Positions 18,954-27,914 of a DNA stretch of 49,082 bases are shown here, piece after piece. The position numbers and the translations under genes were made by a program. The notes beneath the pieces are model-generated. The model had not been told where the DNA came from. It did not search any database and worked only from the letters and a program-made list of their open reading frames with translations. The stretch lies in NCBI GenBank assembly GCA_035622735.1, contig DASPUT010000023.1, positions 1 to 49,082 on the forward strand. Reading direction: 5' to 3'. Position 1 is the first letter of the stretch, and every line of letters begins with the position of its first letter. The stretch comes from Thermodesulfovibrionales bacterium (GTDB taxonomy: Bacteria; Nitrospirota; Thermodesulfovibrionia; Thermodesulfovibrionales; UBA9159).

Positions 18954-20639
18954 ATGAGCAACGAACCGAATAAAGTCATTTACTCCATGGTCGGGGTGAG
19001 CAAATATTATGATAAGAAGCCGGTCTTGAAGGATATCTATCTCTCCTATTTCTATGGGGCGAAGATCGGAGTACTGGGCCTCAACGGATCAGGCAAGAGC
19101 TCGCTCCTCCGCATCCTTGCCGGCGCGGATAGAGAGTTCATCGGCGAGACCGTCCTCTCACCTGGTCACAGCGTGGGCTTCCTCGAACAGGAACCGCAGC
19201 TCGATGACAAGAAGAGCGTGCGGGATGTCGTCGAGGAGGGTGTTCAGGAGATCGTAGATGCGCTTCGGGAATATAACGGTATCAATGAAAGATTCGCAGA
19301 GCCGATGTCGGATGATGAGATGAACAAACTCATCGAACAGCAGGGAAAGGTGCAGGAGAAGCTCGATCTCCTCAATGCATGGGACCTTGATTCACGTCTC
19401 GAGATGGCGATGGACGCCCTGCGCTGTCCGCCGGCAGATACACCGGTCAAGGTCCTCTCGGGAGGGGAAAGGAGGCGTGTGGCGCTCTGCAGGCTCCTTC
19501 TCCAGAAACCGGATATCTTGCTCTTGGACGAGCCGACCAACCACCTCGATGCCGAGACCGTTGCATGGCTCGAGCGCCACCTGCAAGGCTATCCGGGCAC
19601 CGTCATCGCCGTGACTCACGACCGGTATTTCCTCGACAATGTTGCCGGATGGATTCTCGAACTCGACAGGGGAGAGGGGATCCCCTGGAAGGGGAATTAC
19701 TCCTCATGGCTCGCGCAGAAAAAGGACCGTCTGCGGAGGGAGGAGAAGGCCGAGGGCGAGCGGCAGAAGACCCTCCAGCGTGAGCTTGAATGGATACAGA
19801 TGTCGCCCAAGGGACGCCATGCAAAGGCAAAGGCGCGCATCAATTCCTACGAAACGCTCCTCGGTCAGGACATCGAGAAGCGGTCAAAGGAACTCGAAAT
19901 CTATATCCCGCCCGGACCCCGCCTGGGTCAGGTTGTGATTGATGCCGATTACGTGTCCAAGGCATACGGCGACAATATTCTCATGGAGGGGATGACCTTC
20001 TCTCTGCCACCGGGAGGAATCATCGGAGTCATCGGGCCGAACGGAGCAGGAAAGACGACGCTCTTCAGAATGATAACGGGCCAGGAAAAGCGCGATTCGG
20101 GGACGTTTCAAATAGGAGAGACCGTAAAGCTGGCTTATGTCGACCAGAGCAGGGATACCCTCGACCCGAACAAGACGATCTGGGAGGTGATTACCGGCGG
20201 TGAAGATTTCATTCAGCTCGGGAGGAGGCAGATCAACTCACGAGCGTACGTGGCTCGTTTTAACTTTTCCGGGTCCGATCAGCAGAAAAAGGTTTCGATG
20301 ATCTCCGGGGGAGAGAGAAACCGCGTCCATCTCGCCCGGATGCTGAAGGAAGAGGCGAATGTCCTTCTCCTTGACGAACCGACGAATGACCTCGACGTCA
20401 ACACCATGCGTGCCCTGGAAGAGGCGCTCGAGAATTTTGCGGGTTGCGCCGTCGTCATCAGCCATGACCGGTGGTTTCTCGACCGTGTTGCAACCCATAT
20501 CCTTGCCTTTGAAGGAGACAGCAAGGTCGTATGGTTCGAAGGGAACTACTCAGAATATGAGGCAGACAGAAAGGCGCGTCTCGGCGCTGCAGCGGATCAG
20601 CCCCACCGCATTAAGTACAGGCATCTGTCGAGAGGCTAA
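18954..20639 (+). CDS. ettA: Energy-dependent translational throttle protein EttA (ABC-F)
   Basis: The 561-aa ORF has two ABC cassettes (GLNGSGKS, LSGGERRR, GPNGAGKT, ISGGERNR) and the EttA-type N-terminus VIYSMVGVSKYY. Confidence 0.95.
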   Translation: MSNEPNKVIYSMVGVSKYYDKKPVLKDIYLSYFYGAKIGVLGLNGSGKSSLLRILAGADREFIGETVLSPGHSVGFLEQEPQLDDKKSVRDVVEEGVQEIVDALREYNGINERFAEPMSDDEMNKLIEQQGKVQEKLDLLNAWDLDSRLEMAMDALRCPPADTPVKVLSGGERRRVALCRLLLQKPDILLLDEPTNHLDAETVAWLERHLQGYPGTVIAVTHDRYFLDNVAGWILELDRGEGIPWKGNYSSWLAQKKDRLRREEKAEGERQKTLQRELEWIQMSPKGRHAKAKARINSYETLLGQDIEKRSKELEIYIPPGPRLGQVVIDADYVSKAYGDNILMEGMTFSLPPGGIIGVIGPNGAGKTTLFRMITGQEKRDSGTFQIGETVKLAYVDQSRDTLDPNKTIWEVITGGEDFIQLGRRQINSRAYVARFNFSGSDQQKKVSMISGGERNRVHLARMLKEEANVLLLDEPTNDLDVNTMRALEEALENFAGCAVVISHDRWFLDRVATHILAFEGDSKVVWFEGNYSEYEADRKARLGAAADQPHRIKYRHLSRG

Positions 20640-20681
20640 GTACCCGGATTTCTCCCGGGGGATTTAGCCGGAGAACCTCCT

Positions 20682-21140
20682 TCAGCAATTCACTTCCCTG
20701 CAGACAGCCATTTCTATGAGGTGAAAACTGCTCTCCGGCGATATGGCTTCCCATGATGCCTGCGGGTGATCGACTGAATGAAGGATATTCTTATTGACGT
20801 CGTACAAGATGGTAATCAATTCCCTGTGTCTCTTCCTCAAACAATCTATTTCGGACAGGAAGCCGGTATAGTCGTAGGAGAGCGCCTGGTCTTCTCTGCC
20901 TTTAGCCATCAACTGGCTTCGCGCTTCGAGCAGGAAAGCACTCTCACTGTCTGGGACTATCTTGACCCAGAGACTTACCCTGTCGACGGACGGGTAAGCT
21001 ATGCTCTGTCCATTGATGAAGACATCTTTTTTTAGAGAAATCCACCCTTCAGAATATTCTTCTGCGAATACATGGACTCCCACGACCAAGAGGATGCCGG
21101 TGAACGATATCGCCACGGTAAACGCCTGCAGTCTTCTCAT
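20682..21140 (-). CDS. Hypothetical secreted or membrane-anchored protein
   Basis: I chose the start at MRRLQAFTVAISFTGILLVVG because AAGGAGGAGAACT precedes that ATG. The longer ORF to 21215 would overlap the cytochrome gene. I recognised no motif. Confidence 0.6.
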   Translation of the reverse strand: MRRLQAFTVAISFTGILLVVGVHVFAEEYSEGWISLKKDVFINGQSIAYPSVDRVSLWVKIVPDSESAFLLEARSQLMAKGREDQALSYDYTGFLSEIDCLRKRHRELITILYDVNKNILHSVDHPQASWEAISPESSFHLIEMAVCREVNC

Positions 21141-21199
21141 AGTTCTCCTCCTTGCACTATGAACACTCGTTTTCCTTCTATTGCGTTCCTTCCTCTCCC

Positions 21200-22078
21200 T
21201 CACATATTGTGACAACCAAAACAGATGCTTTCATTCGGCATCCGGAGTTTGAACGGCGCGTCTTCGCCTGCCCTGGCAGGACCCGAAGAGATGACCCCCT
21301 TTTGATGGGGGTTATGACAGGTCGAACAGGTAATCCGGTCCCTATTGAGGAGTGGGAACGTCACTCCGTCTTCAGCCTGAACTTTCATCATATAATCGAG
21401 AGTCCGTTTTTTCGGCTTCACCAGGAAATGTCCCTTAAAGAAGCCGTCATTGGCCATGGGGGGATGGCACCTCCAGCAGAGGAAGGCCACATCAGCCTTG
21501 AAGGTCACCGTCACAGGACTGACCGTCTCGTCCGGAACAGCGGCATGACAGACGAGGCAGATAGGTTCCCCATCGATCTTTCTTATCGTGCCCTGCTCGT
21601 CCGTCATGCGATGCGGGTTTACACGGACGGTAAAGCCCTTGTCATGACAGAGAAAACAGATCTCTGTTCTCGACGCATAGGGCCCTCCTCGCAGGAGCAT
21701 CGGCCTCCCCGTGCCACCCTGTTCCCCGTGCACCTTATGACACGTGAGACACTTGATCTCTCCATCAAAAAGAGGAAAGGATTCGCGGCCCGCATTCATG
21801 AATGTACTCTTCGGTACGAAATTTACCGGATGGTGGTTATCGCTGTAATGATGGCAATCGAGACAGCTGGAAGAGGGCTCTACCCCTTCCGGGAATAGAT
21901 TGGTTCCAGAGATCTCCTGCGGTGATATTCTGTGGCAGGATACGCAGGAGGCGTGATTCTTATCTGTGACGATATCAGAGGCGCAGACATTTTGATCCTT
22001 TAGGAACGGGAGAAATACGAGCAGGAATAACAAGAATATCGCATGCCACCTGAGAGCACTCTTCCCTGTTGCTTTCAT
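21200..22078 (-). CDS. Octaheme c-type cytochrome
   Basis: It has a signal peptide plus eight CXXCH motifs (CVSCH, CLDCH, CLTCH, CFLCH, CLVCH, CWRCH, CSTCH, CFGCH) in 292 aa. GGGGAGG precedes the ATG. Confidence 0.88.
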   Translation of the reverse strand: MKATGKSALRWHAIFLLFLLVFLPFLKDQNVCASDIVTDKNHASCVSCHRISPQEISGTNLFPEGVEPSSSCLDCHHYSDNHHPVNFVPKSTFMNAGRESFPLFDGEIKCLTCHKVHGEQGGTGRPMLLRGGPYASRTEICFLCHDKGFTVRVNPHRMTDEQGTIRKIDGEPICLVCHAAVPDETVSPVTVTFKADVAFLCWRCHPPMANDGFFKGHFLVKPKKRTLDYMMKVQAEDGVTFPLLNRDRITCSTCHNPHQKGVISSGPARAGEDAPFKLRMPNESICFGCHNM

Positions 22079-22377
22079 GCTTACCTCCCCTAATGGAAAA
22101 TTTGGTCACAAATTCGTGATCCTTATAGTCTCTTTTTTCCGTCTCTGCTTCAGCGAAACGGGATTTGTTCGGGAACAGGCTAGAGAATAGCACGCATTTA
22201 TGAAAAGGAAATGAAAGTCTCATTAAGTTATATTCATGATTCAGCTTCTTCGTGTCGGTTCCATAATGTAGTAAAATAGAAATCGCCGAGCCCGGATCTG
22301 AGCGATTCTTAATAGTTGGGACCGGGTGATCGCTGTGAACGAAAAGAAGTTACGTAAGGTGATACGGGTGAACATCA

Positions 22378-22848
22378 GTGATTTCCTCCTCATATAGGAA
22401 TGACTTCCTCTATGTTGCATTGCGGCCCGACATAAGCAGGGGCGAGGGCGTCCTGATCTATTGTTCAGGCGTCAACGTTTCCCGCTTTGGACCGATTACC
22501 AGGGGGCGGCATGGTATCGGTTCAAATCCTTCCGTGAGGGGGCTGCAACTGGTAAATCTCGGCGTGAGGGACCTGGCGCTTTCAAAAGGAGCGACTCCGA
22601 AGGCTGTTCGGGGAAATGTCTGTGGAGGAATTGTCCCGACAGGGGATACCTGGTACACCGAGGCCCTGTTGCTCGAAAATGCGCCCGTGTTGTCTCTCGA
22701 CGAGATAATCGATTATGCGGTAACAAACCTCGTCAGGAAAATCTTCAAGGCTTCAATGCTCGATCTCCACCTGCCCGATAAACCCTTCCAGCCGGATGAA
22801 CTTCAAGTCTTTCTTGAGGACCTCTGCAAGAAATACGGCGGGCTGTAA
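22378..22848 (+). CDS. Hypothetical protein (doubtful; start uncertain)
   Basis: This is the only long ORF in the 877-bp gap. Codon-like composition begins at about 22430. The C-terminal ~60 aa (LSLDEIIDYAVTNLVRKIFKASMLDLHLPDKPFQPDELQVFLEDLCKKYGGL) look protein-like. No convincing SD precedes any in-frame start, and I recognised no motif. Confidence 0.35.
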   Translation: MISSSYRNDFLYVALRPDISRGEGVLIYCSGVNVSRFGPITRGRHGIGSNPSVRGLQLVNLGVRDLALSKGATPKAVRGNVCGGIVPTGDTWYTEALLLENAPVLSLDEIIDYAVTNLVRKIFKASMLDLHLPDKPFQPDELQVFLEDLCKKYGGL

Positions 22849-22888
22849 TCTGATATAATACATAACGTAACCGCTTCTGACGGACTTC

Positions 22889-22907
22889 GGGATCTCTCCC
22901 TTTTTTT
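22889..22907 (+). terminator. Weak intrinsic terminator candidate
   Basis: The hairpin GGGAtctcTCCC has only a 4-bp stem and is followed by TTTTTTT. Confidence 0.3.
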
Positions 22908-22955
22908 ACGGGTCTTTTGAGGGGAGGATCCGATGTATTGTTGAAGGCGTGAGGC

Positions 22956-23276
22956 ATGAGAGGTTGTCCCATTCCCCCTGTGATGCGGAGACGAGAAGAT
23001 GAAGAGATCATGACCGGTTTCAGGATGCTCCGGACGCGTCAATTAATCGCTCTCTCGGTGACCCTGGTCCTCCTTGTACTTCTTGCTTTGCTCTATCGTC
23101 GCCCGGATCTCTTCGGAGAATTTTCAAAAGGTGCGATCGATACTGCGCAGATTGTACTCATCATGGCGTTTATCGCGTTCAGCGTCTTTAACTGGAGATG
23201 CCCTGCATGCAAGAAATATCTGGGCTCAGATATCAGCAGACGCACATGCAGACGGTGCGGGGCCAGATTGCGATAA
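22956..23276 (+). CDS. Hypothetical small membrane protein with a zinc-ribbon tail
   Basis: It has two hydrophobic helices (LIALSVTLVLLVLLALLY, IVLIMAFIAFSVF) followed by CPACKK...CRRCG. The start may be an internal Met. Confidence 0.45.
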   Translation: MRGCPIPPVMRRREDEEIMTGFRMLRTRQLIALSVTLVLLVLLALLYRRPDLFGEFSKGAIDTAQIVLIMAFIAFSVFNWRCPACKKYLGSDISRRTCRRCGARLR

Positions 23277-23322
23277 TCCGCGTTTGCCGTTATTCCTGCA
23301 GCTGAGAGAGGAGGCGAATTTC

Positions 23323-23667
23323 TTGGGAGGAAGACAGAGAATAAAGTTCAGGAAACCACGCCCGCAAAAACCCTCGGGAGAGAGAACCGCAGCCGAAATC
23401 ATCAGGGAATTGAAGGAGTCTCCCGCAAGTGCTTCGGGCTATAGGGAAGCGTCTCTGAAAATCCACGGCCTGATCTGCGCCAAATGCGGAAGAGAGTTCG
23501 ATTTCAAGGACCGGAATCTCCTTACGGTCCACCATAAGGACGGGAATCACCGGAGCAATCCCCCTGACGGCTCTAACTGGGAGAATCTCTGTGTTTACTG
23601 CCATGAGGATGAGCACAGCCGGGGGCTTCTCGCGGATTATCTCAAGGGGAAAGGTGGCAATCCATGA
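23323..23667 (+). CDS. yajD: HNH endonuclease, YajD family
   Basis: The sequence SGYREASLKIHGLICAKCGREF...LTVHHKDGNHRSNPPDGSNWENLCVYCHEDEHS matches my memory of E. coli YajD. I chose the start at an in-frame TTG preceded by GAGAGGAGG. The longer ORF from 23074 would overlap the upstream ORF. Confidence 0.8.
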   Translation: MGGRQRIKFRKPRPQKPSGERTAAEIIRELKESPASASGYREASLKIHGLICAKCGREFDFKDRNLLTVHHKDGNHRSNPPDGSNWENLCVYCHEDEHSRGLLADYLKGKGGNP

Positions 23668-23774
23668 ACTCAAGCCGACGAAGCAACGCGCTCTTGGGTA
23701 GAGATGCGAAGAACAGTGTTGCTCAACTGTTGGGCGTTATGATAATCTTCTCTTAAGTCTGAAGAACGTGATTC

Positions 23775-25133
23775 TTGAAGGTGCCTATGCCATATCGAGC
23801 CTGGTTTCAATGTATCAACGAGCAGTGTAAAGCGATCTATCCACTGAACTCGATCATTTACCGTTGCAAGACCTGCGGCTCACTCCTCGAAGTGCAGCAC
23901 GACATGAAGGCCCTTGCCCGCCGTGACGCCAAGGCTTGGATGAAGCTCTTCGAGGACCGCTACAAGTCGACCCAGTGGCCATACGGTTCGGGCGTGTGGG
24001 GCAAGAAGGAATGGATCCTCCCGAAGATCGAGGACGACAACATCGTTTCGCTCTATGAAGGCGGTACCAACCTCTTCTGGGCCGAGCGATTCGGCAAGAT
24101 GATCGGCTGCGACAACCTCTGGATCAAACTATGCGGCAACTCCCACAGCGGGTCATTCAAGGACCTCGGTATGACGGTGCTTGTTTCGATGGTCAAGCAG
24201 ATGATCAGTGAAGGTTCGCCGATCAAGGCCGTTGCCTGTGCCTCTACGGGTGATACGTCAGCTGCCCTGGCAGTCTACTGCGCTGCCGCGGGCATTCAGT
24301 CCGTCGTGTTGCTGCCCAGGGGAAAAATCTCGATAGCCCAGCTGGTGCAGCCCATCGCCAACGGCGCCCTCGTGTTGTCGCTGGACACTGACTTCGACGG
24401 CTGCATGCGCATCGTACAGGAGATTACCGAGGACGAGACGATCTACCTGGCTAATTCGATGAATTCGTTACGCATCGAGGGGCAGAAGACCGTTGGTATC
24501 GAGATTGTCCAGCAATTCGACTGGGAGGTTCCCGACGTGATTATCATTCCCGGCGGCAACCTTGGGAACGTCTCGGCTCTGGGCAGCGGGCTGCTCATGA
24601 TGCGGGACCTTGATCTGATCGCCAGGCTGCCGAGAATCGTCGTTGCACAGGCCGAGCGTGCCAATCCTCTCTACCGCTCCTATCTCAAGAACTTCGAGAC
24701 CTTCGAGCCGATGCACGCTGAAAAGACGCTCGCCAGCGCGATCCAGATCGGGAACCCTGTCAGTGTCCAGAAGGCGATACGCACGCTGAAGAAGTTCGAC
24801 GGCATCGTCGCAGACGCGACCGAACAGGAACTGGCCGATGCCGCTGCGCTCGGCGATACCACGGGGATGTTCAACTGCCCGCACACCGGCGTTGCTCTCG
24901 CCGCGTTGATGAAGCTGATAAAAGCCGGCAAGATAGACAAGTCAGAGCACGTCGTAGTCATCTCGACCGCTCACGGTCTCAAGTTCACCGACTTTAAGGT
25001 CGGTTATCACGAGGGGTCACTCGGCTTCCCCTGCCGGTACGCCAACAAACCGATCGAGCTGCCGGCGCGGATGGACGCAATCAAGGAAGCCTTGCAGGAC
25101 GCATTGAAGAAGAGGAGGAGCAGAAATGTCTAA
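23775..25133 (+). CDS. thrC: Threonine synthase (with an N-terminal zinc ribbon)
   Basis: It has CINEQC...CKTCG, the PLP-lysine motif [18 protein letters not shown] and GNLGN. Confidence 0.88.
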   Translation: MKVPMPYRAWFQCINEQCKAIYPLNSIIYRCKTCGSLLEVQHDMKALARRDAKAWMKLFEDRYKSTQWPYGSGVWGKKEWILPKIEDDNIVSLYEGGTNLFWAERFGKMIGCDNLWIKLCGNSHSGSFKDLGMTVLVSMVKQMISEGSPIKAVACASTGDTSAALAVYCAAAGIQSVVLLPRGKISIAQLVQPIANGALVLSLDTDFDGCMRIVQEITEDETIYLANSMNSLRIEGQKTVGIEIVQQFDWEVPDVIIIPGGNLGNVSALGSGLLMMRDLDLIARLPRIVVAQAERANPLYRSYLKNFETFEPMHAEKTLASAIQIGNPVSVQKAIRTLKKFDGIVADATEQELADAAALGDTTGMFNCPHTGVALAALMKLIKAGKIDKSEHVVVISTAHGLKFTDFKVGYHEGSLGFPCRYANKPIELPARMDAIKEALQDALKKRRSRNV

Positions 25134-26334
25134 GAGGAAGCCAAAAGATAAGAGCCGGAAACCGGCTACCCTCGGTGTCCACGGCACAGACCGCGTCCCC
25201 CATGCCCACTATGCGGTATCGATGCCGATCGTGCATACCTCCAATTACTACTTCAACAACACCGCCGAGGTCTACGAGTTCATGAAGGCCAAGAGCGAGG
25301 GACGGGTCATACGCGAGCACGAATACGGTCGCTACGGAAATCCGACCCAGACGGAATGCGAGCGGAAGCTGGCCGCCCTCGAAGGCGCCGAGCGCGCTGT
25401 GCTCTTCTCGACCGGTATGGCTGCCGTGATTCTGACCCTGATGACATACATGCGCCGGGACGGGCACATCATCTTCACGAATGACTGTTACCGGCAGACT
25501 CGCGACTTTGCGACGAACCTGCTCGCCGAGTTCGGCCTGCAGGTTTCACTCGTAGACCCCACCGCCAAGGCCATCGAAAAAGCGATCAGACCGAAGACCA
25601 ACATCATCTTCACGGAGTCGCCTACGAACCCCTACCTCCGATGCCTGGACCTCCCTGCGGTAGTGAAGGTCGCCAAAGAGCATAATGTACTGACCGTCAT
25701 CGACGCGACCCTCGCGACCCCGTACAACATCAAGCCGCTTGAGATGGGAGTGGATATCGTCGTCCATTCCGCCACGAAGTATCTCGGCGGGCATAATGAC
25801 TTGCTGGCCGGTGTTGCACTCGGCAGGCGTGAACTGTTGAATGATCTCTACCGCATGCAACGGATGTTCGGTGCCACGCCGGGACCGCTCTCCTGCTTTT
25901 TGCTCGAACGGGGCCTGAAGACCTTTGCACTCCGCATGGCGCACCATAATACGGCCGGACTCGCCGTCGCGCGCATGCTCGAATCGCACCCGAAGATCGA
26001 GAAGGTATGGTATCCTGCCCTTCGGTCGCACCCGGATTACAATATTGTAAAAAAACAGATGAAGGGCTTCGGCAGCGTGGTCACTTTCCTTGTGAGGGGC
26101 GGCGACAGAGAGACGAGGAAATTCATCGACGGACTCGACCTTTTCCTGATCACGCCGAGCCTCGGCGGCAGCGAGAGCCTTGTCACGCAGATGGCGCCGA
26201 TGTCCTTCTTCGATTATCCTGCCGAGTACCGCAGGGAGATCGGGATGGTGGACAATCTGGTCAGGCTCGCCCTGGGTCTCGAGGACGTAGACGACCTCAT
26301 CGAGGACCTGATTCAGGCATTGGACGCAATCTGA
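25126..26334 (+). CDS. Cystathionine gamma-synthase-type Cys/Met-metabolism PLP enzyme
   Basis: Motifs [18 protein letters not shown] and the PLP-lysine [16 protein letters not shown] are present. Its ATG overlaps the thrC stop by 8 nt. Confidence 0.85.
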   Translation: MSKRKPKDKSRKPATLGVHGTDRVPHAHYAVSMPIVHTSNYYFNNTAEVYEFMKAKSEGRVIREHEYGRYGNPTQTECERKLAALEGAERAVLFSTGMAAVILTLMTYMRRDGHIIFTNDCYRQTRDFATNLLAEFGLQVSLVDPTAKAIEKAIRPKTNIIFTESPTNPYLRCLDLPAVVKVAKEHNVLTVIDATLATPYNIKPLEMGVDIVVHSATKYLGGHNDLLAGVALGRRELLNDLYRMQRMFGATPGPLSCFLLERGLKTFALRMAHHNTAGLAVARMLESHPKIEKVWYPALRSHPDYNIVKKQMKGFGSVVTFLVRGGDRETRKFIDGLDLFLITPSLGGSESLVTQMAPMSFFDYPAEYRREIGMVDNLVRLALGLEDVDDLIEDLIQALDAI

Positions 26335-26340
26335 AACGGC

Positions 26341-27108
26341 TCATTGGTTTGCGGAATCGGGAGCACCGCCCGAAAGCTTTTTCCCCATCGCCTTTACGAT
26401 ATCAGAGCGTGAAATAAGGCCGATGAGTCTTTCGTATTTGTCTACAACGGGCAGTCGTCGTATCCTGCGGCCGTCCATGATTCGCACGGCTTCGCTGATC
26501 TCGGTATCGAGATAGACGGTGATCGCCGGCGACGTCATGATATCTCCCACGAGATGTCCCATCTTCCGCTCGGGCAGAGGATGACCGACGATAGAACGCA
26601 ATATTTCTTTAAAAGTGTGCGCCCTCCGCGATCCGACCATCGAAACGACGTCCGCTTCGGAGATTATGCCGACGACGCGGCTCTCTCTGTCGACGACGGG
26701 AAGACCGCTGATATTTTTTTCTGACAGGAGCTTCACCGCAAGGCTGATATCGTCGAACTTGCTGACTGAAAGGACATCGCGCGTCATCGCGTCCCGGACC
26801 CGCATCGAGGACGCACAACGCGCTTGCGCGTGTCTCAAGGCGACCGCGTATATCTTTTGGAGGTCCTCTGCCGTGAGGGTAACGCCGAGTTTCAGGTCCC
26901 TGACAGCAGCCGCGACATCTTCGTCGCAGATCTCATTCTGTATGCTCTCAAGTTCGTAGCTTTCCACAAAACCGCCCTTGGCAGAAATCACGTATACGTA
27001 CATGATAATGACAGGAGCAGGAATATGCAAGGGGCTTATGCCCCATCTCTTTGCGTCTCGCCCGAGGAGATCTATTCCATTCTGCCGAAGAGCGAAAAAA
27101 AACGGCAT
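26341..27108 (-). CDS. CBS domain pair protein (start uncertain)
   Basis: The C-terminal ~150 aa hold two CBS motifs (VRDAMTRDVLSV...GLPVVD..VVGIISEADV; VGDIMTSPAITV...RLPVVD..LIGLISRSDI). The N-terminal ~100 aa are unassigned. Confidence 0.75.
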   Translation of the reverse strand: MPFFFALRQNGIDLLGRDAKRWGISPLHIPAPVIIMYVYVISAKGGFVESYELESIQNEICDEDVAAAVRDLKLGVTLTAEDLQKIYAVALRHAQARCASSMRVRDAMTRDVLSVSKFDDISLAVKLLSEKNISGLPVVDRESRVVGIISEADVVSMVGSRRAHTFKEILRSIVGHPLPERKMGHLVGDIMTSPAITVYLDTEISEAVRIMDGRRIRRLPVVDKYERLIGLISRSDIVKAMGKKLSGGAPDSANQ

Positions 27109-27145
27109 GCGATGAAACTCATTCGATGCCGTTCAATCATTCGAT

Positions 27146-27328
27146 TCAGCTGATTCTTTCATCGTGTACCTTCGGGCGCCACGAATCGAGGTAGTCTTTT
27201 GTGACCTCTTTTATGTCGTGATCTCTCTTGGCATGTTCAGAAGCCTTCTTAAGAACTTCGTCTACGGTTCTTCCCCGCGCTTGAAAGGCGCAGTTGACGC
27301 CTATATCTTTGCAGGACAATACTTTCAT
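27146..27328 (-). CDS. DUF1059 family small protein
   Basis: MKVLSCKDIGVNCAFQARG... is typical of DUF1059. AAAGGAGGCAATC precedes this ATG. The ORF track's longer version (to 27406) lacks an SD. Confidence 0.7.
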   Translation of the reverse strand: MKVLSCKDIGVNCAFQARGRTVDEVLKKASEHAKRDHDIKEVTKDYLDSWRPKVHDERIS

Positions 27329-27398
27329 GATTGCCTCCTTTCTAACGCTACGTCTCAGGGAAAGCTCCCTCTTTGAATTCCCCTTCCCGTTTATGCTC

Positions 27399-27566
27399 TC
27401 AGACAACTTTCTTGAGGAGTCTTCTCACCGAATCCTCCTCATCGCGGAGAGCAGCGCGCCATTCGCGACTATCGGTTTTTGCCTTTTCACCCTCAAGCTC
27501 CACTTCGAGAACTTCAAGGGCACGCCTAAGCGTCTCTCTTTCTTTCTGGTCTAATTCGAGTAACAT
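27399..27566 (-). CDS. Hypothetical small coiled-coil protein
   Basis: MLLELDQKERETLRRALEVLEVELEGEKAKTDSREWRAALRDEEDSVRRLLKKVV. GAGGTGAATACG precedes the ATG at 27566. Confidence 0.4.
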   Translation of the reverse strand: MLLELDQKERETLRRALEVLEVELEGEKAKTDSREWRAALRDEEDSVRRLLKKVV

Positions 27567-27821
27567 CGTATTCACCTCATTTTGTCGACCCAATAAGCTG
27601 CCCCTCTGTTGAAGGTCCGAATATTCGTATTCATCACTCCTGATTTCATGCTACAACTGCGCATGCATTTGCGCAATCATGAAACTTTGATGAGGATATT
27701 CGTTTATTGACAAGATGTGGGCAGAAATTTGCAAATACTAAGGAATGCTTCTCTTATTTTCTTTCTACTTCCTTTATCTCGGTTTTACACGAATAGTGTT
27801 CATAGCAACGCAATAGCTGCC

Positions 27822-27851
27822 TTGGGAACTTTCCAATTTTTATGGTATATT
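27822..27851 (+). promoter_or_regulatory. Sigma70-like promoter upstream of trxB (TTGGGA-18-TATATT with a TG extension)
   Basis: This is a motif match only, about 65 nt before the ATG. A 7-bp hairpin (TCCATCC/GGATGGA) lies in the putative leader. Confidence 0.3.
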
Positions 27852-27914
27852 TGACTATTAGGTGATTCCATCCTGAATCCGGATGGAGCGGGAATTGCCC
27901 TGTAGGTAAGTGTC

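Noticed and set aside
22106-22119. TCACAAATTCGTGA inverted repeat about 30 nt upstream of the octaheme cytochrome start, considered as a CRP/FNR-type box
   Set aside because: The half-sites are in the opposite arrangement (TCAC-N6-GTGA rather than TGTGA-N6-TCACA or TTGAT-N4-ATCAA) and only 4 bp long. It may still be an operator, but there is no basis for naming a regulator.
22511-22547. GGTTCAAATCC, a T-loop-like string that made me look for a tRNA, tmRNA or tRNA-like element
   Set aside because: The flanks (ATCGG / CCTTC) do not form a 5-bp T-stem. No acceptor stem, anticodon arm or CCA-adjacent sequence can be drawn. No tmRNA 5' GGGG..GACG / 3' ..CCACCA pairing partner is present.
22437-22700. 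Possible cobalamin riboswitch (GGTTCAAATCC ... GCTGCAACTGGTAA ... GTGAGGGACCTGGC resembles GGTGAAAATCC ... GCCACTGTAA ... B12 box)
   Set aside because: The conserved GGGAA upstream element and the CCCGC of the core are missing; GGGGGC stands in its place. The B12-box match is poor, and the short stem around the loop has only 2 bp. No B12-related gene follows. A cmscan would be the decisive test.
22458-22781. Four of six reading frames are simultaneously free of stops, which I first read as a sign of a structured RNA
   Set aside because: The same multi-frame openness is seen across bona fide genes in this window (e.g. ettA, uvrB, galT-like). It reflects coding-type base composition in this genome and is not specific to RNA.
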